NCBI RefSeq assembly: GCF_009914755.1
Contig: NC_060926.1
Length of the DNA stretch: 64,000 nt
Direction: 5' to 3' (one strand)
Origin: the human T2T-CHM13v2.0 reference genome, Homo sapiens
Shown here: piece by piece, positions 11,676-28,339 of the stretch
Numbering within the stretch: the stretch's first letter is position 1
Layout: each line of letters starts with the position of its first letter
Made by a program: the position numbers and the translations under genes
Notes under the pieces: model-generated
What the model was told of the DNA's origin: nothing
The model's database searches: none
Seen by the model: the letters and a program-made list of their open reading frames with translations, nothing else

Positions 11676-13347
11676 CCAACTTCTTTTTTTGTTACTCTTT
11701 TGCATGCTACTTTTATTTAGTTCTGATCTGATCTTTTTATTTCTTTTCTTCTGTTAACATTAGGTTTGGTTTATTCTTGCTTTTCTAGTTCCTTGAGATG
11801 GAATATTAGCTTTAAAATTTGTGATCTTTATACTTTCTTGATGTGGGCATTTAATGCTACAGACTTCTTTCTTAGCACTACTTTTGCTGTACCCGACAAG
11901 TTTTGGTATGTTGTGCTTCCATTTTTATTTGTTTCAAAAATGGTTTAAGTTTCTATCTTAATTTCTTCCTTGACCCAGGATCGTTTAGGAATATGTTGTT
12001 TAATTGCCATGTATTTGTATAGTTTCCAAAGTTCCTCTTGTTACCACCCCTTTCTAGTTTTATTCTGCTATGGCTTGAGAAGATACTTGATATGATTTCG
12101 ATTTCTAAAAATTTGTTGAGGCTTGTTTTCAGCCTACAATGTGGTCTGTCCTAGAGAATGTTCCATGTGCTGGTAAGAATGCATATTCTGCATTTGGTGC
12201 ATTTAGGTAGAATGTTCTGTAAATATCTGTTAGGTTCATTTAGTCTAAAGTCCAATTCACATCCATTGTTTTTTGTTGCTTTTCTGTCTTAATGATCTGT
12301 CTAATGCTGTGAGTAGGATGTTTAAATCCCCTACTATTATTGTATTGCTGTCTCTTTCTTTCTGGAGTTCTAGTAATATTTATTTTATGAATCTGGGTGT
12401 TCCGGTGTTGGGTACATATATATCTAGAATGGTTATATCCTCTTACTGAACTGATCCTTTTATCATTGTATAGTGATCATTTTTGTCTTTTCATAAACTG
12501 TTTTTTATTTAAAGTCTATTTTATCTGATATAGCTACTCTGCTCCCTTCTGATTTCTGTTTGCATGGAATATCTTTTTCCACCTCTTTTCTTTCTGTCCA
12601 TATGTGTCTTTAGAGAGAAAGTTAGTTTTTTATAAGCAATATATGGTTGGATCATCTTTTCTTTTTCTCATTCTGCTTATCTATATATTTTAGGAGGAGC
12701 ATAAATTTAATCCATCTATGTCTTTTAAAAGGAATGTAAATTTAATCTATTTACATTCAAGTTAATACTTACATGTGAGGTTTTGCTCCTGTCATATTTG
12801 TCTTTAGGTGAAATTGTCTTTAGGTGAAATTCTGTTGTGTTGCCATTAGATTCCTTTCTCTTCCTTCTTTGTGTGATTATTTTATAAGACCTGTGAGTTT
12901 TATACTTTTTATGTTTTTACGGTGGTAAATATCAACCTTTCATTTCCATGTTTAGGAATCCTAAAGATTCCTAAAAATCCTAAAGATTTTTTGTAGAACC
13001 GGTCTGACAGTAACGAGTTTCCTCAATATTTGCTTATTTGGGAAAGACTTTATTTTTCTCTATTTATGAAGCTTGATCTTACTAGGTAAAAATTCTTGGC
13101 TGCAGGTTTTTTCTTCCAGCTTTTTTTTTTTAATTTTTTTTTATTATACTTTAAGTTTTAGGGTACATGTGCACATTGTGCAGGTTAGTTACATATGTAT
13201 ACATGTGCCATGCTGGTGCACTGCACCCACTAACTCGTCATCTAGCATTAGGTATATCTCCCAATGCTATCCCTCCCACTTCCCACCACCCCACCACAGC
13301 CCCCATAGTGTGATATTCCCCTTCCTATGTCCATGTGATCTCATTGT

Positions 13348-17202
<3,855 letters not shown>

Positions 17203-17238
17203 TTAGTTGATGCAGTTTCTTCCTAGTCTCGATGTTCT

Positions 17239-18254
17239 TTACATTTGGGCATGATTTTGCAGCGGCTGGTACCGGTTGTTCCTTTCCATGTTTAGCGCTT
17301 CCTTCAGGAGCTCTTTTAGGGCAGGCCTAGTGGTGACAAAATCTCTCAGCATTTGCTTGTCTGTAAAGGATTTTATTTCTCCTTCACTTAGGAAGCTTAG
17401 TTTGGCTGGATATGAAATTCTGGGTTGAAAATTCTTTTCTTTAAGAATGTTGAATATTGGCCCCCACTCTCTTCTGGCTTGTAGGGTTTCTGCCAAGAGA
17501 TCCGCTGTTAGTCTGATGGGCTTCCCTTTGAGGGTAACCCGACCTTTCTCTCTGGCTGCTCTTAACATTTTTTCCTTCATTTCAACTTTGGTGAATCTGA
17601 CAATTATGTGTCTTGGAGTTGCTCTTCTCGAGGAGTATCTTTGTGGCGTTCTCTGTATTTCCTGAATCTGAACGTTGGCCTGCCTTGCTAGATTGGGGAT
17701 ATTATCTCCTGGATAATATCCTGCAGAGTGTTTTCCAACTTGGTTCCATTCTCCCCATCACTTTCAGGTACACCAATCAGACGTAGATTTGGTCTTTTCA
17801 CATAGTCCCATATTTCTTGGAGGCTTTGCTCATTTCTTTTTATTCTTTTTTCTCTAAACTTCCCTTCTCGCTTCATTTCATTCATTTCATCTTCCATTGC
17901 TGATACCCTTTCTTCCAGTTGATCGCATCGGCTCCTGAGGCTTCTGCATTCTTCACGTAGTTCTCGAGCCTTGGTTTTCAGCTCCATCAGCTCCCTTAAG
18001 CACTTCTCTGTAATGGTTATTCTAGTTATACATTCTTCTAAATTTTTTTCAAAGTTTTCAACTTCTTTGCCTTTGGTTTGTATGTCCTCCCGTAGCTCAG
18101 AGTAATTTGATCGTCTGAAGCCTTCTCTCAGCTCGTCAAAGTCATTCTCCATCCAGCTTTGTTCCGTTGCTGGTGAGGAACTGCGTTCCTTTGGAGGAGG
18201 AGAGGTGCTCTGCGTTTTAGAGTTTCCAGTTTTTCTGTTCTGTTTTTTCCCCAT
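17239..18254 (-). pseudogene. L1 ORF1, frameshifted at ~17700
   Basis: MGKKQNRK...IIQE then out of frame; C-terminal half appears in ORF 17239-17580; total span 1016 nt. Confidence 0.95.
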
Positions 18255-18559
18255 CTTTGTGGTTTTATCTACTTTTGGTCTTTGATGATGGTGATGTACA
18301 GATGGGTTTTTGGTGTGGATGTCCTTTCTATTTGTTAGTTTTCCTTCTAACAGACAGGACCCTCAGCTGCAGGTCTGTTGGAATACCCTGCCGTGTGAGG
18401 TGTCAGTGTGCCCCTGCTGGGGGGTGCCTCCCAGTTAGGCTGCTCGAGGGTCAGGGGTCAGGGACCCACTTGAGGAGGCAGTCTACCCGTTCTCAGATCT
18501 CCAGCTGCGTGCTGGGAGAACCACTGCTCTCTTCAACGCTGTCAGACAGGGACATTTAA

Positions 18560-18760
18560 GTCTGCAGAGGTTACTGCTGTCTTTTTGTTTGTCTGTGCCC
18601 TGCCCCCAGAGGTGGAGCCTACAGAGGCAGGCAGGCCTCCTTGAGCTGTGGTGGGCTCCACCCAGTTTGAGCTTCAGGGCTGCTTTGTTTACCTAATCAA
18701 GCCTGGGCAATGGTGGGCGCCCCTCCCCCAGCCTCGCTGCTGCCTTGCAGTTTGATCTCA
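18560..18760 (+). promoter_or_regulatory. L1 antisense promoter region (L1 nt ~400-600), firing in the THSD7B sense direction
   Basis: Position by homology with the L1 5'UTR; both SOX-type TTTGTT motifs (~18585, ~18685) are present. Activity is not shown by sequence. Confidence 0.7.
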
Positions 18761-19018
18761 GACTGCTGTGCTAGCAATCAGCGAGATTCCGTGGGCGTAG
18801 GACCCTCCAAGCCAGGTGCGGGATATAATCTCTTGGTGCACCGTTTTTTAAGCCTGTCAGAAAAGCGCAATATTCGGGTGGGAGTGACCCGATTTTCCAG
18901 GTGCTGTCCGTTACCCCTTTCTTTGACTCGGAAAGGGAACTCCCTGACCCCTTGTGCTTCCCAAGTGAGGCAATGCCTCGCCCTGCTTTGGCTCGCGCAC
19001 GGTGCGCGCACCCACTGA
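18710..19018 (+). CDS. L1 ORF0, open and C-terminally extended (102 aa)
   Basis: MVGAPPPASLLPCSLISDCCASNQRDSVGVGP matches primate ORF0; context GCAATGG; donors CAG|GTGCGG after 18815 and CAG|GTGCTG after 18900. Confidence 0.75.
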   Translation: MVGAPPPASLLPCSLISDCCASNQRDSVGVGPSKPGAGYNLLVHRFLSLSEKRNIRVGVTRFSRCCPLPLSLTRKGNSLTPCASQVRQCLALLWLAHGARTH

Positions 19019-19139
19019 CCTGCGCCCACTGTCTGGCACTCCCTAGTGAGATGAACCCGGTACCTCAGATGGAAATGCAGAAATCACCTGTCTTCTGCGT
19101 CACTCTCGCTGGGAGCTGTAGACTGGAGCTGTTCCTATT

Positions 19140-19150
19140 CGGCCATCTTG
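19140..19150 (-). promoter_or_regulatory. YY1 site of the L1 sense promoter
   Basis: CAAGATGGCCG intact at the L1 5' end. Confidence 0.8.
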
Positions 19151-19165
19151 GCTCCTCCCCACCCC

Positions 19166-19463
19166 TTTTTTTTTTTTTTTAAACACAAAGTCTTGCTCTG
19201 TTTCCCAGGTTGTAGTGCAGTGGTGTGACCTTGGCTCACTGCAGCATCCACCTCCTGGATTCAAGCGATTTTCCTCCCTCAGCCCCTTGAATAGCTGGGA
19301 TTACAGGTACGCGCAGCCACGCCTGGCTAATTTTTTTATTTTTAGTAGAGATGGGGTTTCACCATGTTGGCCAAGCTGGTCTCGAACTCCTGACCTTGAA
19401 TGATCTCCCAGCCTTGGCCTCCGAAAGTGCTGGGATTACAGGCATGAGGCATAACACTCAGCC
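19166..19463 (-). mobile_element. AluS whose poly(A) tail was the L1PA target
   Basis: Alu body 19181-19463, T15 at 19166-19180; TSD TCTTTCAGC (19464-19472) vs TCTTCCAGC (13112-13120). Confidence 0.92.
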
Positions 19464-22059
19464 TCTTTCAGCAGTTTTTAAACACCTTCCCATTCTCTTC
19501 TGGCCTGTGAGTATTCTGCTGAGAAATCTGCTGTTAGTCTGATGGAGTTTCCTTTAAAGATGACTAGGTACTTTTATCTTGCTGCTTTAAAAATTCTTTT
19601 CTTCTTTTTGACTTTAGACAGTCTGATGATGATATTATCAGGGTGATTTTTTTCTTTTTTTGCAGTGTATTTGAGGATTGCTGGGCCTTCTGTATCTGGA
19701 TATCTAAATCACTATCTAGAATAAGGATGTTTTCATCAGTTATTTCCTTAAATAAGGTTTCTAAACTTCTTTATTTTTCTTCTCCCTCAGAAATACTGAT
19801 AATTCTTAAGTTCATTCAGTTTACATAGTTCCAAACATCTTAAATGCTTTGTTCATTATTTATATTCTTTTCTCTTTATTTTTGTCTGACTAGATTATTT
19901 CAAATGATGTGTGTTCAGGTCCTGAGATCTTTTACTGGGTCTAATCTACTATTAACATTTTTAATGTATTTTGAAATTTCTTCAGTGAACTTTTCAGATC
20001 TATTATTTCTGTTTTTTTAAATAAATATATCTTATCACCTTGGTAATTTTTTCATTCATATCCTAAATTGATTTTCTAATTTTTTTGTCTTAGTTTTTGT
20101 CATTCATATCCTAAATTGCTTTTCTGATTTCTTTTGCATCTCTTGCATTGGGCTTCTCTAAAACATGTACTTTTGATTATCTGGCATTTTGAGAATTTCT
20201 TTTTAGCTAGCATCTATTGCTGGTGGAGGATTACTATGTTTCTTTGAGGGTGTTGTAATACCTTGTTTTTTTTTTCTTTCCATGATTTTTGTGTGTTTGC
20301 ATTGATTTCTGCGCATCTAGAGCAACAGTAGCTTCTTATTTGTGAATTTACTTTTATTGGGAGGAGCACTTTTTCCTGAAGATATGGCTATGATGGTTGG
20401 GTAGGGTCATTTGGCTTTGCTTCTGGGTACATGTAGTGGCAAAGACTCTATGATTTCCCTGGCTATAAATAGCTTTAGTGTGGTAGCTTCCTTGAATGCA
20501 GTTGTAGTAGTGGTACACTGGGTGGATGAGCAGGCTGATGACCTCTTGGGCAGCTGGGGTGGCATACGCAATGAGGGATGGCAGTGGTCATGAGAAGCTT
20601 TTCTTCTTCCTTATCACTGTGATTTTTGTGTTAGGAATTGTTGTAAAGGGCTGTGTGGGCTGGCCTCCAGACCAGTAGGTGGCTTTTGCAGGTTAGAGCC
20701 AGCTGCAGTGATAGTGGTAGGATTTATGCCCAACCTCTCTTTCCTGGGAGAAGTGCTCGGATGTCTCACATGGTGGATTGGGCCATGGAACCCCAGGGGT
20801 GTGGATCCTGTGCTGTGTCCTGGAGCAGGGGAAGAAGGTAGGTGGAGCTAGATAGTGCAAGCCTGTATTCAGGCCCACTAGTGGCAGGGGCATTTGCCAG
20901 CCCTGATGGAAGTGGTGGGGCAGTCCTCAGACCCCCGGTTGAATGGCTTAGGTGAAACCGCTGACATGCCAAAGAGTTAGCACAGTGAGGAAGAAGTAGT
21001 CCCAGTGCTTCAGCCTTGGCCAGCAGGAGTGGGATCTTAAAGCCTATAGTTTTATCTGTAGATTTCTACTTCTGATTTAATCCTCAGAAATGTTCTCTGA
21101 TTTAAGGACACTATATATCTTTAATATTGGCCCCAGAATTATATTGTATGTAATGTATAATTAATATGTTTTTAAACTCTCTTTCCCCAGGAGTTGTGCA
21201 ATGGAAGGGGCCTCTGAATTGGGTTGTACCTGTGGTTACTTATTATCCCCATTTATGCTTAATTGTCTTCTTTTCTAATTTCCTTTGTGTGTTTGTTTTG
21301 TGTGCTTTGCTGATTTTCCAGTCCTGCAGCCTGCCTACTTGCTATTTCTTTAGTATTTTCATACCCTCTAGTATAATTCAATACACAGTAATTAAATTAA
21401 TGTTTATGAATAAAATGATTGCTTTTATACTAGAACGTTCCCAACAAGGAAATGTTTCATTTAACTTTTTAGTGTTTTCATTTCCAGTGATCTTTTCACA
21501 CTTGAAAATAAATTAGAATTCTGAACCAGAAGACACCTGAAAACTAATTCCTGGTCTGAACTGATGATTGCATGATCTGTAGCTGCTGAGTTTTTTCTTT
21601 CTTTCTTTTTTTTTTTTTTTTTCTTCAACTCTGCAGTTTTTCAATGGCCTTCATCCTTGGGTTACCATTAAGAGAGCTGTGGTCTTCAGGCTAATGTGGG
21701 TGCTGTCAAACATCATGTCCTAACTTTGCGTGCATTTGTTGGCATTTAGAAAACCCAAATGCCTCCATTAAACTACTTTACAATACCAATTTATAAAGAA
21801 AAACAAACTGATTTGCTCTGCACAGCCCTGTTAATTCAGTGAATGTGTCTTCACCATATCTGAGCTATTGGTTCATTACTGATGCTTACAAATCTAGCAC
21901 CAAATCCGGCGAAGATGCAAAAATATTTTCTCCTTACCTTTATTCTTCACATACTAAGGATGACCAAGAAACAAATGAGGCATGGTGAGGAGAATGTGTG
22001 TACATATACTTGCTTGGAGAATGATCAGCCTACTTTATTTAAAAACAAATATAAAGGAT

Positions 22060-22290
22060 AGTAATAATTAATAGCATTTATCAAGCTCTTTAGTGTGAGA
22101 CATTGTCTTAAGAATTCTCACTAGACTTTTTTATAGTCTTGTGATACTCATTTTAAAGATGAAAATACTAGGGCATGAAGAATTAAATAACTTATCTTAG
22201 TTCAGATAGCTCCTTGTTTAGACTTGAAATTTTCAATTACTACCGTTTGACTACAATATGTGTGAATTCCACCCTACTCTTTAGCTATTC
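22060..22290. mobile_element. MIR fragment
   Basis: ATAATAGCATTTATCAAGC...CTCATTTTAAAGATGAAAATACT...AAATAACTT. Confidence 0.6.
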
Positions 22291-22509
22291 TTTCTTAATT
22301 TCTTATGCTTTCCTTTATTAATTTGAAAAATTCGATATAGATCTCTGGAAATGCAGTGTATTCTAATTTAGATAGTTTCTAGAACTTGAAAACATCATTC
22401 AATTTGGTTTATCATAGCTTTTAAATTATAAACATATTCAAAAGAAATGTGAATAAAATATTCTAAAATAATTTATTATAATTGAAAAAATGTTATTTAT
22501 ATACATCAA

Positions 22510-22920
<411 letters not shown>

Positions 22921-23723
22921 TTAACTCTAAATTGGTTATCTAAACAAGCAATTCAAAGAACATTTGCTTGTACCCTACTTGAGATAAAATGTCTTGCTGT
23001 ATTCATCATTAATGGCTGTAATATTCCCAACAAAGAAAATGCAGGTGATGTTGGCTTGATGTGTGATGGATCTTGTCCCTGCGACGTGGATAAAAACGAA
23101 AACAAAAAATATTCAGAATGAATGAATAGCTCCACCTGCCACAGAGCAGATGTACAAACTGGAAAGTATTGTGTGTGCATCCATTGTCATCTTAGCTAAT
23201 TCCTTGGTTCTAAAGCATTAGATGGGTTTGGCTTTCACCAGTTCTAAAAAAAAATAAAAATAAAAAAAGATAGATTTATGGTGTTCAGACAGACATATTA
23301 TCTGATGTGCTCAGAATAAAGAACTGAATTCAGAATATAAGAAGAATGGGCATCTGAAAGGAGCCCATATGTACACTTACCCTACATAAGAGAATTTTAT
23401 ATAAAAAGTTTTTAACAACATGATCCTAAACTGTGGTCTTTTTGTTCCTTTCACATAGCAGATTTTAAAGAACTGTAAAAAAGTGATCCTAAACTATGAT
23501 TTCTTTAGAATGATGAATTCAGCAAATATCCATTAACATACAGCGTGTCTAAGGCATCATGCCAAATATGGGTAGTCGGTAGACAGGGTAGACCAGAATT
23601 ATGTGAGCCATTTAAACACAAAGATATTCCCTGGTTTCTCACCCAGAGATGTTGATATGGAAGATCTGAAGTGGTACCATGGAATCTGTGTATTCTCATA
23701 TACATCCATGGTTAGGAATTAGA

Positions 23724-23948
23724 AGAAGTGTTTTCAACTGTGGCAATTTTGCCCCCAAGGGAACATTTGGCAATGCCTGGAGAGAGTTTTGATTGTTACC
23801 ACTTAAGAGGGGTGGATGCTACTGGCATCTAATGGGTAGAGGCCAGAGATGCTGCTACATATCTCACCATGCACAACACTTATTTACACACCCACAAAAA
23901 AAACTGTCCAATCTAAATTTTCTGTAGTGCCAAGGTTGAGAAATGTTG
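23724..23948. mobile_element. MER20 (hAT-Charlie DNA transposon)
   Basis: ATTTTGCCCCCAAGGGAACATTTGGCAATG...GCTACTGGCATCTAATGGGTAGAGGCCAG...GCCAAGGTTGAGAAA. Confidence 0.85.
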
Positions 23949-24204
23949 ATCTAGAGAATATAAATGTATATTCTTTGAGAGTCTATAATTAACCAGAGTG
24001 AAAAAGATGAACCAAAATATTGTGTATTCATTCATAAATAAAATAAAACAAAATAAATAGCATTAGTCCAGAGAATTCAGTAAAAATTTAAGCAAAATTT
24101 TAGGAATGTGTTACCTCACGATTATTATTTTAAGGAACGACTAGAGAGTTCCTAGTTGAAAAAGTGTGTGAGAGAAACTTTGAAAAGCTATAAAGAACTA
24201 AAAA

Positions 24205-24397
24205 AGCTGTAAAGAACTAAAAGTAGAATTACCATTTGATCCATCAGTCCCACTACTCGGTATCTACCCAGAGGAAAAGAAGTCATTATTCAGAAAAGAT
24301 ACTTGCACATGCATGTTTATAGCAGCACAAGTCACAATAGGAAAATCGTGGAACCCACCCAAATGCCCATCAATCAATGAGTGGATAAAGAAACTCT

Positions 24398-24480
<83 letters not shown>

Positions 24481-24990
24481 GTATATACACACACAATATA
24501 TATATACACACATACTATATATTTATATACACACACTATATATATACACAGATACTATATATACACACACATACTATATATGATCATATATATGATCGTA
24601 TATAGTGTATATATAATATATATGATGGAATATTACTCAACCATAAAAAGGAATGAATTAACAGCATTTGCAGTGACCTGGATGAGATTAGAGGCCATTA
24701 TTCTGAGTGAAGTAACTCAGGAATGGAAAACCAAACATCATATGCTCTCACTGATATGTGGGAACTAAGCTATGAGGATGCAAAGGCATAAGAATGATAC
24801 AATGAACTTTGGGGACTTGGTGGGAACAGTGGGAGGGGGGTGAGGGATAAAAGACAACAAATATGGTGCAGTGTACACTGCTCAGGTGATGGGTGTACCA
24901 GGTTATCACACATCTCCGCTAAAGAATTTGTGTAACCAAATACCACCTGTACCCCAATAACTTATGGAAAAATAAAATTCAAAACATAAA
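24205..24990 (+). mobile_element. 5'-truncated L1PB-like 3' end
   Basis: ORF2 C-terminus-like peptide (YYSTIKRNEL...SLICGN) followed by an L1PB-type 3'UTR. Confidence 0.85.
24401..24622. repeat. Compound (TA)n(CA)n microsatellite with degenerate TA-rich extension
   Basis: Directly visible. Confidence 0.95.
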
Positions 24991-25579
24991 ATATATTTGC
25001 AATGGAAATGATCTGAATAGACTATGCTTGTGCTTGAAAAAAAATAAAAATTTTAACTGGTCCCTAAAAATTAATAAGGAGAAAAATGTTTATTTACAGA
25101 CAGCAGAAATTCCTTTAAAAATACTGACTGTATAGGTCTACTTCTGTAAGTGCCATCTAAACAAGCAAAAAAAAAAGAAAATGACATCTAGGAGGAGCCT
25201 AAGTGATTTTTTAAAAGTAGTTTCGTCCTTTTTGTGTTATCATCTTACTCTTATAGTTTCCCTTTCTTAGTTTTATATCATCTCTAGAGATTAGATGCTG
25301 AGGAGCAGGAAGTACAATAAATTACTGGAAGTTATTTTGGTTGCTGTCGACGCAGGGTTTGGATTAATAATGAAACCAATTAAATCCTCAAATACCTCCA
25401 ATGACAACAATAAAAATTTAATTTCCAGAGAGAAATAAGGTTAGCTATGTTGAACACCGTTTGCACCATTTGTGAAGCCCAAGTTTTTAAACATTGGGGG
25501 ATTCTGCTGTCTTGTCAAAGAACCAGCAGCTGACTGATTTAATCAAAATAATAACAAAAGAATTCATGCTTTTTTTCAG

Positions 25580-25774
25580 CTGTCTCATGCATCTCTGATG
25601 ACAACCGGTCAGCAGAAATGATGGAATGCCTCAAGCAGACAAACGGCATGCCTCTCCTTGTGCAAGAATGCACAGTCCCATGTCGAGAAGACTGCACCTT
25701 CACTGCTTGGTCCAAGTTTACGCCCTGCTCCACGAACTGTGAAGCCACAAAAAGTAGGCGGCGACAGCTCACAG
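25580..25774 (+). CDS. THSD7B: THSD7B internal coding exon (195 nt, phase 1-1), TSP1 repeat
   Basis: ttttttcag|CT...ACAG|gtatag; encodes VSCISDDNRSAEMMECLKQTNGMPLLVQECTVPCREDCTFTAWSKFTPCSTNCEATKSRRRQLT; matches THSD7B, not the THSD7A paralogue, as I recall them. Confidence 0.93.
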
Positions 25775-28339
25775 GTATAGTGTGCATCTTACTCTTTAGC
25801 ATCAGGCAAGCTGAACATCTCTGGATCTTTTGTGTAGAATATGAGGTCCAAAGGACAGGAATTTGCATCAGGTCTCTTCCTCTCTCTCCATTCGTTAATA
25901 CATATCCTCAAACTCAGAACAATGCCTGGTACGTAACATGTACTCAATTAATGTTTCCGAAATGAATGAAAGATGTGAACTGTTTTATAGCTATCAAGTT
26001 CCTCTCTATATAGTTTTATAATCTTTGTAGTCATAAAAGGCATTTCATTCACCAACTTCTTTTGAGTAGGTAATGGCAAAGTTTGTCATGTGCTATCATG
26101 CCAGGATCTCAGTGAGCTTGAAGGCAATCACTGGTTTGGGAAGATTATCAAAAACAGATCTAACTGACATCATTGTCTTTTGCCATTATCTTATAAGCAA
26201 TTTGACATTTTAAAATTTTACTAGTGTAAGGCAAAAATCAAATTACATATACTCATTCTGCTTTTGTGGTATATTATTAATTATGAGTTCTGTTTTCAGC
26301 TGCAAAAATTTAATGGGAATTAAAGCAACTAATTGTTTAATTGAATTCCTGGGGCAATTTTTGCCTGCAGTATGCAAATAATTGATGCAATAGTGTATTT
26401 TACTACGTGCCTAGATAAAAATGCCACAACTTCTCTTAACTTCTTATGTGTTTGTATAAGCAGAAAATGGAGAACCAAAGGAAAATGCCAGAGTAATCAC
26501 TGAGATAATGAAATTGGTGTTGACATTGAAGAATTAAGCACAGATGACCATTTGTTCTCATGAGCAGTTGAAGGGCTAATTCTGTTGGTTTCAAGACCCT
26601 TTTGTCTGAATGCATTGCTTACCTGATCACATTTTGAATTTAAATCACCATTATGGATTTAAGTAATCTGCTAGAGGCTTTAACAGGATTTCTGCAAACA
26701 AACTGGGAGTCCATTTGTAAGTGTAGGTGAAATGCATAACCATAAACAGAACACCAAACAAGAAATGCTGTACTTCATGCCCTATCTTCCACAAAAATTT
26801 GTGCCACATGATTTTATGCAACATTGCTTGTTTCTAAGATACAACAAATTTCTCATAGAAAAACAACACAGTGAGATAGAATGTATGTGACAGGAATAGT
26901 TGAAGTTCAGGGGCCAATGAATGAAACTTTGTTTGCCTGTACAAACATAACGCATCGGAAGCCATTACTCTGGCAACTCTTTATATACTTGAGATGAGAG
27001 AGAATTCCCTGTAGAGGAAAGGGAAGTTTTTAATTAGTGGCCAGTTTTTTTCTTTTTTCTTGAAAGTTTATTCATGATAGTTTACACCTACATAATGAAA
27101 ATGGAAAATATTGAAAATCCTAGGATATTTATTCATTTTACAACCAGTACCATTTTTGTTATGAATTGTTGAAACTCTAATGAATTTGACTTTTATTGAA
27201 AATGTTCCTTTTATATAAATATTGAAGAATAGCTGTACATTTTTTTCTGCAAACTCTAAAAATTACTCATACTAAAAGACTGTTTGAAATTTCTTTTCTA
27301 AATTATTAACTGCTGTACTTTCAGGTGGCTAATTGACCTTTGTGTATCTTTATGTCTACGTGGCACCAAAACAAGTTAGCAATTTCATGAAATACATGAG
27401 TTTTTTTTAAAAAAATAAAACAGTAAAATGAATCATTTAATATCACTGTTGGAAAAAAATCCCACTAATGAATTGAAATATTTTCACTTTTCAAGACTTA
27501 TTTTTATTGTCATGAAACTAATGCTTGTATTTTGTTATCTCTAAGTAATTTGGTAGTAAATGCAATAAACAATCTCTAACATGAATGCTGCTGAAAGTCT
27601 TGTACTCAAACTCCAAAGCCATGTGATTCTTTCTCTCTTTAATGCAAACACACACACTGAAACATATAAACATAAATACAAGCCACTTCATTGAATATGG
27701 GGCCATACAGGATATTTAACTTTCTTTTGTCCATTTGTAACAGGCTTTAATTCACTGAGCGTTCTGTATGTTGTACCCAAACTATGTCATCACAGGTTTT
27801 AGACTCAATAGTATTTAAAACAATTGTTAATAGAATGCCAAAAAATATTCCATTTATTAGATAGAAAACCTGTCCAGGTTTTATATATATTATATGAGAT
27901 ATAATATATAAATATTTATTTATAATAACGAGATAACTACTACATATTCTGACTTAAGGAAGAAAAAGTCTTTAGAATTGTACTAGGGATTGATTTTTAA
28001 TATTAACTTGTTCTGAATCCAAAGGTTAATGCTGATTTTGATTAGTATATAATCAAAGTAAAGGATCACTGATAATTTGTTTCTTATTGTGACAACCATT
28101 TCTGCATTAACTTGCTTAAATCCTTCATCAAACAGTGATGCTATATAATTAAGAAGGATATCATAAACATAGAGGCAGCATATATTTGTACAGAATATTT
28201 GTTTGCTAATAACTTCTGGTCACCTTGTAGATGAACATTATTTTTCTTTTTTCTCCTCCTCCCTCTCTTTCTCTTTTTTCTCCTTCCTCCTTCTCCTTTA
28301 TCTTGATCTTTTTCTTTTTTTCACAACTTCCTTTTCTCA

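Noticed and set aside
24183-24223. 19-bp tandem duplication AAAAGCT(A/G)TAAAGAACTAA at the L1PB 5' junction
   Set aside because: Ordinary local duplication with only two copies; not a CRISPR-like or functional array.
25618-25965. ORF track products 25618-25965 and 31557-31862 as stand-alone genes
   Set aside because: They are spliced exons read through into intron; protein similarity stops at the GT donors.
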